The position numbers and the translations under genes are program-made. From the IMG/VR virus record IMGVR_UViG_3300045988_155187: a stretch of 45,193 nucleotides of DNA. One strand, written 5' to 3'. The stretch is from a virus. The notes beneath the pieces are model-generated. The model was not told where the DNA came from. It ran no database searches and worked only from the letters and a program-made list of their open reading frames with translations. Below are positions 34,156 to 42,190 of the stretch, piece by piece. Positions within the stretch are counted from its first letter, which is position 1. Each line of letters begins with the position of its first letter.

Positions 34156-34180
34156 TAAAAAAGAGCGTATTTCTACGCTC
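34156..34180 (-). terminator. Rho-independent (probably partial) terminator at the end of the major tail protein gene
   Basis: Minus strand reads GAGCGTA-GAAA-TACGCTC followed by TTTTTT. The stop codon TAG lies in the 5' arm. Confidence 0.6.
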
Positions 34181-34709
34181 CAGTTTTCTTTGTGTCAGCA
34201 AACACATAATTTGCCATTTCTTGTTGTTCTTGAGATACTGTGGCATAACCATCTACTCCACTGCCATTAATCCCAAATGTAAGAGAAACTTCAACCATAT
34301 CTTCAGCATTAGAAGTTATTTCACACTCTGTAAGGTATCCTTGGAAATATTTTGCTTTAAATTTTCCAACATTATCTTCTGTGCCTTTTTCGGCTAAATT
34401 TACTTCCCAAATTTCAACAAGCTCATCATTATCTAAGGCTTTTTCTAACTCATCGATTAAAGTATCACCAACTGCTAAAATACTTGTAGCAGTAATTTCT
34501 ACCTCAGCAACCCCGGGTGTACGAATTGATCCGTCCTTAGTTGCTGTGGAATCGGCATCCTTGCTCTTTGTACGACCGTTCTCAGTTGTAAAAGCAAGTG
34601 TTGCTCCATCTTTTGTAGTTGCACTACTTAAAATTCTATATAAATAAACAATTTTTTTACCTTGTACCGCTTCAGGCGCTGCACAAAGCTGTAAATCAAA
34701 TCTTCTCAT
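34173..34709 (-). CDS. Major tail protein (TP901-1/phi13-like)
   Basis: ORF track. Position upstream of G/GT. N-terminal MRRFDLQLCA leader. Confidence 0.8.
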   Translation of the reverse strand: MRRFDLQLCAAPEAVQGKKIVYLYRILSSATTKDGATLAFTTENGRTKSKDADSTATKDGSIRTPGVAEVEITATSILAVGDTLIDELEKALDNDELVEIWEVNLAEKGTEDNVGKFKAKYFQGYLTECEITSNAEDMVEVSLTFGINGSGVDGYATVSQEQQEMANYVFADTKKTGA

Positions 34710-34722
34710 ATGTTACATCCTC

Positions 34723-35124
34723 CTAATTAAATTTAAACTCTAAAGAAAGCACCCCGTGTAAAAGTGGAATGCTTGTTGATGTATCTGGCATAATGTCTTG
34801 ACTAACATTTTTTAACGACCACGCAAAATTAGTTGTATGATTTAATTCTCTAGATACTTTCTTTATATCAAGAAGCATCTTTGAGACTGTCCCACGCTGC
34901 TTAGGATTATTGTGAAATACATGGATAATTTGATAGACATTCCCAAATACAGCACTTTTATTAGCATCATCAATTAATTGACTATTGCCAACATATATAA
35001 ACGGGTAAGGGGTATTATCTGGTGGTAAAAAAGTATCATAGACATTGTCTGGATATAACTTTTTTAGTTCTACTAACAGATAACTAAACAGTTCTTGTTG
35101 TGGATCCACTTTTATACACCTCAC
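34723..35124 (-). CDS. Tail completion / tail terminator-like protein
   Basis: ORF track (GTG 35124). Alternative GTG 35109 lies 7 nt after GAGGTG. Position between the gp10-like and major tail protein genes. Confidence 0.55.
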   Translation of the reverse strand: MRCIKVDPQQELFSYLLVELKKLYPDNVYDTFLPPDNTPYPFIYVGNSQLIDDANKSAVFGNVYQIIHVFHNNPKQRGTVSKMLLDIKKVSRELNHTTNFAWSLKNVSQDIMPDTSTSIPLLHGVLSLEFKFN

Positions 35125-35471
35125 TCAACTAGTTTTTTCATACCTTTTTTAAATATTTCTTTTTGTTCATTAAACGCAGGACCAACAAAGGGCTGAGCCT
35201 CCATTTTTCGGGTACCATATTCTAGATACGGGCTGTATTCAGTACCTGGTTCAACAATAGCAGTAAAACCGCTATCTTCTTTCGATAACTGTATACTCCT
35301 TTTAGTTGTACCAGTTTGATATCCCTTAACGAAATTAGCATTACGAGTCATTTTATTTGTTAACTCAGCTCCGTTAGTACTAACAACTCTTTTTACATCA
35401 GCCATCTTGATATTTTTCTTAAGTTTATTACTTAATTTTTCTAAACCCTCTAAATAAAAAACTTTAGCCAT
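35121..35471 (-). CDS. HK97 gp10-family head-tail joining protein
   Basis: ORF track. ..EPGTEYSPYLEYGTRKMEAQPFVGPAF. Confidence 0.8.
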   Translation of the reverse strand: MAKVFYLEGLEKLSNKLKKNIKMADVKRVVSTNGAELTNKMTRNANFVKGYQTGTTKRSIQLSKEDSGFTAIVEPGTEYSPYLEYGTRKMEAQPFVGPAFNEQKEIFKKGMKKLVE

Positions 35472-35782
35472 TAAGTCACCTCCGAAAGCACAAAAATATG
35501 TTTTGTTTTAAGCTTTCTACTATAGTCAACTTTGTATTGTTTCTTATCAATGCGAATAAAATTAAATACTTCATTCCAATGATTTTGAATATGAATAGTT
35601 AAACTCCCTTGCTTAATAGTTCCATAAATTAATTGCATTGTTTTAGTACTGGTATCCATCACACTGGCCATTAATTCTTTTTCGACGATAGTATCATCTC
35701 CATAATTACCTGTATTTTGATCATACTGGCCACTTTTAACAGTTTGAAAATAAACAGAAGTGTCATATCTCATAAAAAACAT
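35471..35782 (-). CDS. Head closure / head-tail adaptor protein
   Basis: ORF track. Size and position resemble SPP1 gp16. Confidence 0.6.
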   Translation of the reverse strand: MFFMRYDTSVYFQTVKSGQYDQNTGNYGDDTIVEKELMASVMDTSTKTMQLIYGTIKQGSLTIHIQNHWNEVFNFIRIDKKQYKVDYSRKLKTKHIFVLSEVT

Positions 35783-36105
35783 ACACTTCCTTTTTTTAGA
35801 TCACTCTGATTATTTAACCATGACCTGATATCTTTATCATAACTATCAAAATCATCGTCGTTGAAAGACATACTTTCACCCTCGACTGAATGAGAAGATA
35901 CACCCTCGCTACCAATACGATTAAATCTAATTACCGATACTTCAATAACAATATATTCAAGTTCTTCAGGAACTTCTTTAACACTTAACAAATTTCCTAA
36001 ACGTTTTTGAGTAAGCTCAATAATCACGTTTAGTTTATCGTCAATATTTTTGGGGTTACCTAGTAATTCTTTGACATTTTCAAGTATTGTCATAGGCAAC
36101 ACCAT
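35770..36105 (-). CDS. gp6-like head-tail connector protein
   Basis: ORF track. ..VKELLG.......D.L...I......L..LL......VPEELEYIV.EV...RFNRIGSEG..S.S..G.S. Confidence 0.7.
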   Translation of the reverse strand: MVLPMTILENVKELLGNPKNIDDKLNVIIELTQKRLGNLLSVKEVPEELEYIVIEVSVIRFNRIGSEGVSSHSVEGESMSFNDDDFDSYDKDIRSWLNNQSDLKKGSVCFL

Positions 36106-36377
36106 TATTTCTTTGAAGCTGAGTTTTTAGGTTCGGATTTTTTTGTTTCGTCCTTTTTTTGCTTTTCGGGTTCAACTGCTTCATTTTCGTCTTGAGCTTG
36201 ATTACTTTTATCTTCAATAAATGTAATTAACGGCGTACTTTGTTTATTACTGGCAGTAGCCAGTTCAATAATACGTTCTCTAGATACTGTCAATCCATCA
36301 CGAGGGAATGTATCCCCCGCATTGTATGGATGTTCATTATCTTGTAAATCAGTAAAATATTTAATAACTTTATACAT
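36105..36377 (-). CDS. Small head-module protein with a Lys/Glu-rich tail
   Basis: ORF track. Between the MCP and connector genes. Confidence 0.5.
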   Translation of the reverse strand: MYKVIKYFTDLQDNEHPYNAGDTFPRDGLTVSRERIIELATASNKQSTPLITFIEDKSNQAQDENEAVEPEKQKKDETKKSEPKNSASKK

Positions 36378-36394
36378 TTTATTTTCCTCCCTAA

Positions 36395-37309
36395 TTATGC
36401 TCCAACTGATACTTCAGATGCTTGAATAGAACTTACAATTACTCCATCCAAAAATTCAGGGAAAAAGATGACACCGCTAAACAATAAAGTTTCAAATGTT
36501 GCTGTTTTCCCATCAATATTATGTGTCATACCAATAAGCCCAGTAGCATCACTTGTTAAGTTGAATGTTTGAGCCACGTCACCGCTGTTTGCAGGAACAA
36601 AAGCACCATTAATATTTTCTTTAGCCGAAGCAATAACTTTTCCTTTTTCTAACTCAGGTGAAACAATCACTGTTCCTAAACCTAAGAAATTTTCAATATA
36701 AGACATACCAAAAGCAGTTTGCAATGTAATTTGAGCATTTCCCAAATAATCAGCTAAATCTTCACTTGATACAAAATAAATAGGTGTTACAGTCATATCA
36801 ACATAGAACTTTTGTAACGCTCCCCATGCAGCACTTAATGCTGATTGTAAATTTGTTCCTTTTGCTGTACCAGTTCCAGTCTTAATTAAAGTGTAAAATG
36901 ATTTTTTGATTGAAGTTTGGACACCAGAAATTAATTTTTCATCTGTTTGATTTACTGCTAATGAACGTCCTGAACGTTGAATAGCTTCTGCTGATGTACT
37001 TTTTCTATATTTATTTAACTTTAATTCAACTGTTCTAGCTAATTTTCTATTAATTTCAGTTAAAGGAATAGTTTCGCCCTCTCCAACCTGATCTGGTGTA
37101 TTTACTTGTTCCATTTTATAAATTTTAATATTTGTTCCAGCGCTCATTGGAATCATTTCAGTAACTCCTAATAAACGTTGCAGTTCATTAATATTTTTGT
37201 TTAAACGGCTTGTGTAATCAATCGAAATAGCTGGTTCTAAATCTGTACCAACAGTCAAATTTGTTTCTGCTGCATGTAATTGTAAATTAAACTTATTTTT
37301 GTTTTTCAT
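36395..37309 (-). CDS. Major capsid protein (HK97 fold, scaffold-dependent type)
   Basis: ORF track. Follows the scaffold gene. N-terminal MKNKNKFNLQLHA leader. Confidence 0.85.
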   Translation of the reverse strand: MKNKNKFNLQLHAAETNLTVGTDLEPAISIDYTSRLNKNINELQRLLGVTEMIPMSAGTNIKIYKMEQVNTPDQVGEGETIPLTEINRKLARTVELKLNKYRKSTSAEAIQRSGRSLAVNQTDEKLISGVQTSIKKSFYTLIKTGTGTAKGTNLQSALSAAWGALQKFYVDMTVTPIYFVSSEDLADYLGNAQITLQTAFGMSYIENFLGLGTVIVSPELEKGKVIASAKENINGAFVPANSGDVAQTFNLTSDATGLIGMTHNIDGKTATFETLLFSGVIFFPEFLDGVIVSSIQASEVSVGA

Positions 37310-37325
37310 TGTTTATCTCTCCTTT

Positions 37326-37970
37326 TTATTGGAATAATTCCATGTTTTCACTAATTAATTTTTGTCTTTCAGCTGTGTTTTCAACTTTAAAAATCTCTTC
37401 TTTGGTCATTTTCGTCTTAGAACCCTTTTTAGGTGGTTCGTGACGTAATTTAGCTGCAACTTCCTTTTGAACTGCTGCTTTAAAAATCTTTGCAAAGTTT
37501 TCAACATTAGCTTTAGTTGTATCAGCATCTTCGGATACTAGATTAGCTAAAAGTTCGTCGTTAACACTAATTTCTTCATCTGCTAAAATTGACCGGGCTA
37601 CCTTAGACATTTCACCTAATGTAGCCTGCCTCTCATACTTCGCAATTTTTTCTTGCAGTTGTTTGAATTCAAGATCCTTTTTTTCTTGCTCAGTCATATT
37701 TTTTAATTTTTGAGCCTCTTTGAATTTTGCTTCTTCTTTTTGACGTTTCTTTTCCCATTCAGCAAATTTTTTAGAAATAAGTTTATCTACATCTTCATCA
37801 CTGTATTTTTTGTCACTAGGATTTTCACCTTCACCATCTTTAAGTGAGGTGTTTGGTTCGTTGTCCGGATCCTCACCATCTTCTCCATTGTCACTATCTT
37901 CAGCAAAAAGCTGTAAATCGAACTTATTTTTTAATAATGGTAATTTTAATAATTTTTCTAAATCTTTCAT
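37326..37970 (-). CDS. Scaffolding protein
   Basis: ORF track. Acidic, coiled-coil. N-terminal ..KNKFDLQLFA leader. Precedes the MCP gene. Confidence 0.8.
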   Translation of the reverse strand: MKDLEKLLKLPLLKNKFDLQLFAEDSDNGEDGEDPDNEPNTSLKDGEGENPSDKKYSDEDVDKLISKKFAEWEKKRQKEEAKFKEAQKLKNMTEQEKKDLEFKQLQEKIAKYERQATLGEMSKVARSILADEEISVNDELLANLVSEDADTTKANVENFAKIFKAAVQKEVAAKLRHEPPKKGSKTKMTKEEIFKVENTAERQKLISENMELFQ

Positions 37971-37980
37971 TTTCTTTTCC

Positions 37981-38076
37981 TCCGTAATTTAAAGTTTTCA
38001 CGCCTAACTTATCCGTAGTTTTTTTATTGGTTTCCACGCCTCCAACAATCCGTAAAGTTTAATGTCATTCACGCCT
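37981..38076. repeat. Three degenerate ~35-bp direct repeats upstream of the scaffold gene
   Basis: On the minus strand, AGGCGTG(A/G)AA occurs three times (plus-strand TTCACGCCT 37997-38005, TTCCACGCCT 38032-38041, TTCACGCCT 38068-38076). Each is followed 14-18 nt later by TACGGA (plus-strand TCCGTA at 37981, 38012, 38049). Confidence 0.7.
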
Positions 38077-38083
38077 GGACGTA

Positions 38084-38109
38084 TAAAAAGCGTTCATACA
38101 AATGAACGC
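38084..38109 (-). terminator. Rho-independent terminator after the prp-like gene
   Basis: Minus strand reads GCGTTCAT-TTGT-ATGAACGC followed by TTTTTA. Confidence 0.7.
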
Positions 38110-38121
38110 AAATTAATATAT

Positions 38122-38427
38122 TTAATTTTTAGATATTTCAACATAATCACTATATACATTAGCAATCTCTCTACATCCTATAAAAAAAGAATCAACTAAT
38201 AATCGACTCTGTTTATGAGGTTTATAGATAAGAACACTTGAATTTCCGCTTTCTAGCGAATAATTAAGTATATCGACAGTCAACTCCTCTAAAGAATAAC
38301 AAAGTGTTTGCAACAAACTAGAAATCGCTGAACAAACGATATCTTGACCAATTACATTGTAATTAGCGTGACCAACGCAAGAAATAGCAATATAATTCCG
38401 TCCCTCTTTAATATTTATTTTAATCAT
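38122..38427 (-). CDS. prp: Prp-like ribosomal-processing cysteine protease (DUF464/YsxB family)
   Basis: ORF track. MIKINI.......I...GHANYNVIGQDIVCSAISSL matches the Prp His/Cys dyad region (GHA....G.DIVCA..S). Confidence 0.75.
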   Translation of the reverse strand: MIKINIKEGRNYIAISCVGHANYNVIGQDIVCSAISSLLQTLCYSLEELTVDILNYSLESGNSSVLIYKPHKQSRLLVDSFFIGCREIANVYSDYVEISKN

Positions 38428-38668
38428 AAATTATCGCCCATACGTTTTTTAACGAAATTAAACGCTCCATTTTCTCTATAGCTACATCTAGTTCACTGGT
38501 ATCTACCTTAAGTTTAACTCTAATAACATTATCTTGCCTTAAATTAACATCGCTGATATATGCTTTTAAATCTGCTATTTCATTATCGATTCTTTTTAAT
38601 TCATCGCTAAAACAAATACTGTCCACAATACCTACAAAACTAGTTTGACTATCTGGTCTTACTCCCAT
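38420..38668 (-). CDS. Hypothetical 82-aa protein
   Basis: ORF track. 8-nt overlap with prp. Confidence 0.5.
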   Translation of the reverse strand: MGVRPDSQTSFVGIVDSICFSDELKRIDNEIADLKAYISDVNLRQDNVIRVKLKVDTSELDVAIEKMERLISLKNVWAIIYD

Positions 38669-38688
38669 ATTATCATGTACTCCTTTCT

Positions 38689-38991
38689 CTAAAGTGATAT
38701 TATTACAATAATTGATAAAATAAAATTAATTACAGTCCCAAAACATAACCATTTTGATGTTTTTTTAAAGTTATCTTCAAGCCTCATAATGTTTATCTTA
38801 TTTCGCTTGTTTTCCTGCTGTAGAAAATTAACATCTGCTTTCAAATAGTTAATTCCGGTATCTATATATTCAACACAACCATTAAATATTTTAATATGTG
38901 TATCGAGTTTTTCTTTAATTTTATCTATTTCTAAACTGTTAATGTCTATTTGACTAACAACACCAGTTACACCACTTTCTATTCGTGCCAT
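38689..38991 (-). CDS. Tail-anchored membrane protein (coiled coil + C-terminal TM)
   Basis: ORF track. GGAGG RBS. C-terminal WLCFGTVINFILSIIVIISL. Confidence 0.55.
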   Translation of the reverse strand: MARIESGVTGVVSQIDINSLEIDKIKEKLDTHIKIFNGCVEYIDTGINYLKADVNFLQQENKRNKINIMRLEDNFKKTSKWLCFGTVINFILSIIVIISL

Positions 38992-39014
38992 ACTTATACC
39001 TCCGCTTTTTATAA

Positions 39015-39041
39015 CAAAAAAAGCCGACTAATCATCGACTT
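39015..39041 (-). terminator. Rho-independent terminator inside the head module
   Basis: Minus strand reads AAGTCGA-TGATTAG-TCGGCTT (one G.U pair) followed by TTTTTG. Confidence 0.5.
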
Positions 39042-39078
39042 ATAATTGCAATACTAAAAAATACCTTTAAACGCTTCC

Positions 39079-39279
39079 CTATCTTTCTTCTATTCCCAAT
39101 TTTTTAGCAATCTTTTTAACCATATCTTTTGATATTAATTCAAGGCCTTCAGCATTGTCTTGACCAACATCAGATAATCTAGCTAAAAACTTATCATGAT
39201 CTGATAAATCTTTATATCTTACATTTTGTTCTTTTCTAGACAGCTTCTTAAATTCTTCAAAAGTTATTTGCTTTTTCAT
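39079..39279 (-). CDS. Small hypothetical protein (66 aa)
   Basis: ORF track. 4-nt overlap with the upstream gene. Confidence 0.5.
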   Translation of the reverse strand: MKKQITFEEFKKLSRKEQNVRYKDLSDHDKFLARLSDVGQDNAEGLELISKDMVKKIAKKLGIEER

Positions 39280-40682
39280 ACTTCCTCCAATTCGATATAT
39301 ATTACATTATTTTTAATGTAGCGTCTTAACACTTTAAATTTACTATTACGCTTATATAATACCTCGTCTTCCTCATGATTAAAAGCAGAAATATTAATAC
39401 CATTTTTAGAGTTTAAAATAATTAACTGCACCTGAGCATCAGGATTATAGATACTGCCTTTTGTTGTAGATAAATACTGTTTAGCAGTTACAATTTCATC
39501 TACCTCATATTCCTCAATAAAATCGTTTATGGATTGTTGATCATAAAAGAACACTGATCGTGTCAAAGTTCCATTATAGGTATGTATTTTAGACAATGCA
39601 TCATCTAAATTCTTCACAATTTCCCTTTGCTCATTAGTTAAAGGATAATTGTTTCTTAAAGCATCATTAATCAAATAACTTATAGATGAAACGTAAGATT
39701 TGATTGCGTGCTTATTTTCTGTAGTTAAGCTTTTCCACTCTGCAGTAGTACCACCTTTTTCTAGATAATTTAACCATTCATCATAATCTTTTCTATCGAC
39801 AGATGGTGCAGTCGAGCAATGACACCTTGGGTGCATCGGTGGAGCATTTAGTCCAGGCATCATATCCTTGATTTTAAAATGTTTGCCGTCTAACGCTTTA
39901 CAAACATCACATACATCACTACCTCCACAAGCAATATACTCATATTCTTCTAAACCATTTTCAATATACGATTTTTTTTGCGCCTCTACTTGCACTCTTG
40001 CTAACTCAGTCTGCATTAATCGTTCAGCATCCGACTGTTTTACGTTAAAACGCTTTCTAAGCTCAGTTGCAAGTGTTTTTGGATTCTTACCTTGAATAAG
40101 GCCAATTTGTAATAATTTATTTAAATCATTTTTTAACAGGTCCTGATGCATCCAGATACGGTCACTAAACGTAGCATTATGAAAATCTGCATTGACAATA
40201 GATTTAGCCAATTTAGTGTTATCTTGTACTGTTTTGCCTAAAACACCTGATTGTCGCTTGAATTCATCTATAGAGCGTTTTTTTAACGCTTTATAAAACA
40301 GCTGATAAATCTTACTGTGACCTTTAGCAAGTTCAAGACCTAAATCAGCCTTTAACAGCTCAAGCCTATTAACTTTCATCGTTAAGTTATAAAGTTTCAT
40401 TGCCTCGTTAACTTCTTTGGTGAAATCTTTGTCTTTAACATATCTTTTAGCTTTACGACTGAATTCCTCAATATCAAGCTTAGAAGCTCTTTTCTTAGCC
40501 TCAGCCATGGTTATACCGTTTTCACTAGCATATTTAGCATAGAAATTATTAATGGACCTCTTGCACTCATCCATCATGTCTTTGTAAATTTTATTTAATT
40601 CCTGATTGTATTTCTTTTCTTCAGTGATATTGTGCTTATGTTGCTCATTTTCCCGATTGCGCCAGTAATCATAACTGCCCAT
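39276..40682 (-). CDS. SPP1 gp7-like minor capsid (head morphogenesis) protein fused to a C3/VIP2-like ADP-ribosyltransferase domain
   Basis: ORF track. gp7/Mu-F motif ..GLNAPPMHPRCHCST. C-terminal ART signature: YV..ISYLINDALRN, TLTRSV (R), YLSTTKGS (STT), EEDEVLY (ExE). Confidence 0.8.
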   Translation of the reverse strand: MGSYDYWRNRENEQHKHNITEEKKYNQELNKIYKDMMDECKRSINNFYAKYASENGITMAEAKKRASKLDIEEFSRKAKRYVKDKDFTKEVNEAMKLYNLTMKVNRLELLKADLGLELAKGHSKIYQLFYKALKKRSIDEFKRQSGVLGKTVQDNTKLAKSIVNADFHNATFSDRIWMHQDLLKNDLNKLLQIGLIQGKNPKTLATELRKRFNVKQSDAERLMQTELARVQVEAQKKSYIENGLEEYEYIACGGSDVCDVCKALDGKHFKIKDMMPGLNAPPMHPRCHCSTAPSVDRKDYDEWLNYLEKGGTTAEWKSLTTENKHAIKSYVSSISYLINDALRNNYPLTNEQREIVKNLDDALSKIHTYNGTLTRSVFFYDQQSINDFIEEYEVDEIVTAKQYLSTTKGSIYNPDAQVQLIILNSKNGINISAFNHEEDEVLYKRNSKFKVLRRYIKNNVIYIELEEV

Positions 40683-42190
40683 TACAATTCACCACTTAAT
40701 ATTTTTTTAGCTTCATTTGTATCAATACCGATTGCAGTAGAAATTAATTTCACAGCCTGACCCTCAGTTATAGTACCAGAGGTGAATTGAGCCATTATAG
40801 CTAATAACGACTGTGTTTGAGCACCATTTAAAGTTTTTCCTTGAACCTCAGTAACAGCATCATCCTTATAATCCAAGTCAGTACCATTTTCAAACATTGT
40901 TTTAGCAACAATATCATTTTCAGCATCCTGTTCTTCATTTTTTAAACGGTCGATTTCACTTTGAACATCGTCAACGATCGAAAGAACTTTTAATTGTGTT
41001 TCCTTTGAGATTATACCTTCAAGCGAACTTGCAACTTGCGCCTCATCGGTGATATTAGCAGGAATATTAAAAGTGAATTTGTAATCAAGACCAACCCAGG
41101 CATCACTTTTTACTTTAGAAAGCGGATGTGAAAAAAGGAGTTTGTAACGCCTATTCATTCCACTTGTAAATTTACGTTCCTTAGCCTTTGCTAGATTCGT
41201 CATTGATAGAAGTTTGTATTTTAATGCTATTCCGGAACTTGTACCAAAATTTTCATCACTAATATTCGCAACCATAGAAATCTGAAATATCAATCTTTCA
41301 AGACGTTCAATTAAGTTTTCCTGTGTTCCATCTGAATTTGGTTTATCCATAAATTCAACAACCATATTAACTTCTGGATCACCTTCAAAATTAACGATAC
41401 GGTTATCACGTATCTGTTTAACACCATTTGTATCAAGTTTAGCACCTAGAACTTTTAAATAGGCATCTGCAAAATAATCAACATCATTAGCTTTTTCACT
41501 TATAGCCTTGTTATAGGCGTTGATCATCGGCATAGCTGACTCAAAAATACCGGTGCGTTCAGCATTCTCAACATACTCAGTTACCGGCACACCATCAAAA
41601 CCATGAAGATGTTCATCGTCATCGAAAACATACGATCCGTTTTGATGAAAATATTGAATAACTGTATCATCAGACCATGACCCACGTTCAACATTTTTAT
41701 AATCTTTATAGTATCTTATGAAAAATAGAGGCCTTTCAATAATACTGTCATCATAAATAATAAATGCCTCTAGCGGGGAAAGATATGTAATACACTGTTG
41801 CATATTATCATCGAGATAATACATTTCGTAGCCGTGTCCATAAATTGAACAAATCTTTGATAGTTCAGCATTGTTATCATCTTGATCATTATAAGAATCT
41901 AGCAAAGCAATATAATCATTTGTACCCTTATCTTTACTATTTATTTTTATTGGGTTTCCAATAAAAAAACCGTTGAATGTATCAACGATATATTTGGCGA
42001 AGTTTACAGATATGCGATTGTCAGGTTTCCATTTTTCTTTGTCTGGCTGATTGTATATGTCATAATTATTTTCATAAGCATCATGCAGTTTTTGATAATG
42101 ACCATTTACAAGCATCTTATGTTTACTAATATATTCAGCTAATAAATCAGGTGTCATAACCGTATCTTTTGGCAATCTAAAAATTTCCAT
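40682..42190 (-). CDS. Portal protein (SPP1 gp6 type)
   Basis: ORF track. About 500 aa, directly after terL (TAATG overlap). Confidence 0.85.
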   Translation of the reverse strand: MEIFRLPKDTVMTPDLLAEYISKHKMLVNGHYQKLHDAYENNYDIYNQPDKEKWKPDNRISVNFAKYIVDTFNGFFIGNPIKINSKDKGTNDYIALLDSYNDQDDNNAELSKICSIYGHGYEMYYLDDNMQQCITYLSPLEAFIIYDDSIIERPLFFIRYYKDYKNVERGSWSDDTVIQYFHQNGSYVFDDDEHLHGFDGVPVTEYVENAERTGIFESAMPMINAYNKAISEKANDVDYFADAYLKVLGAKLDTNGVKQIRDNRIVNFEGDPEVNMVVEFMDKPNSDGTQENLIERLERLIFQISMVANISDENFGTSSGIALKYKLLSMTNLAKAKERKFTSGMNRRYKLLFSHPLSKVKSDAWVGLDYKFTFNIPANITDEAQVASSLEGIISKETQLKVLSIVDDVQSEIDRLKNEEQDAENDIVAKTMFENGTDLDYKDDAVTEVQGKTLNGAQTQSLLAIMAQFTSGTITEGQAVKLISTAIGIDTNEAKKILSGEL

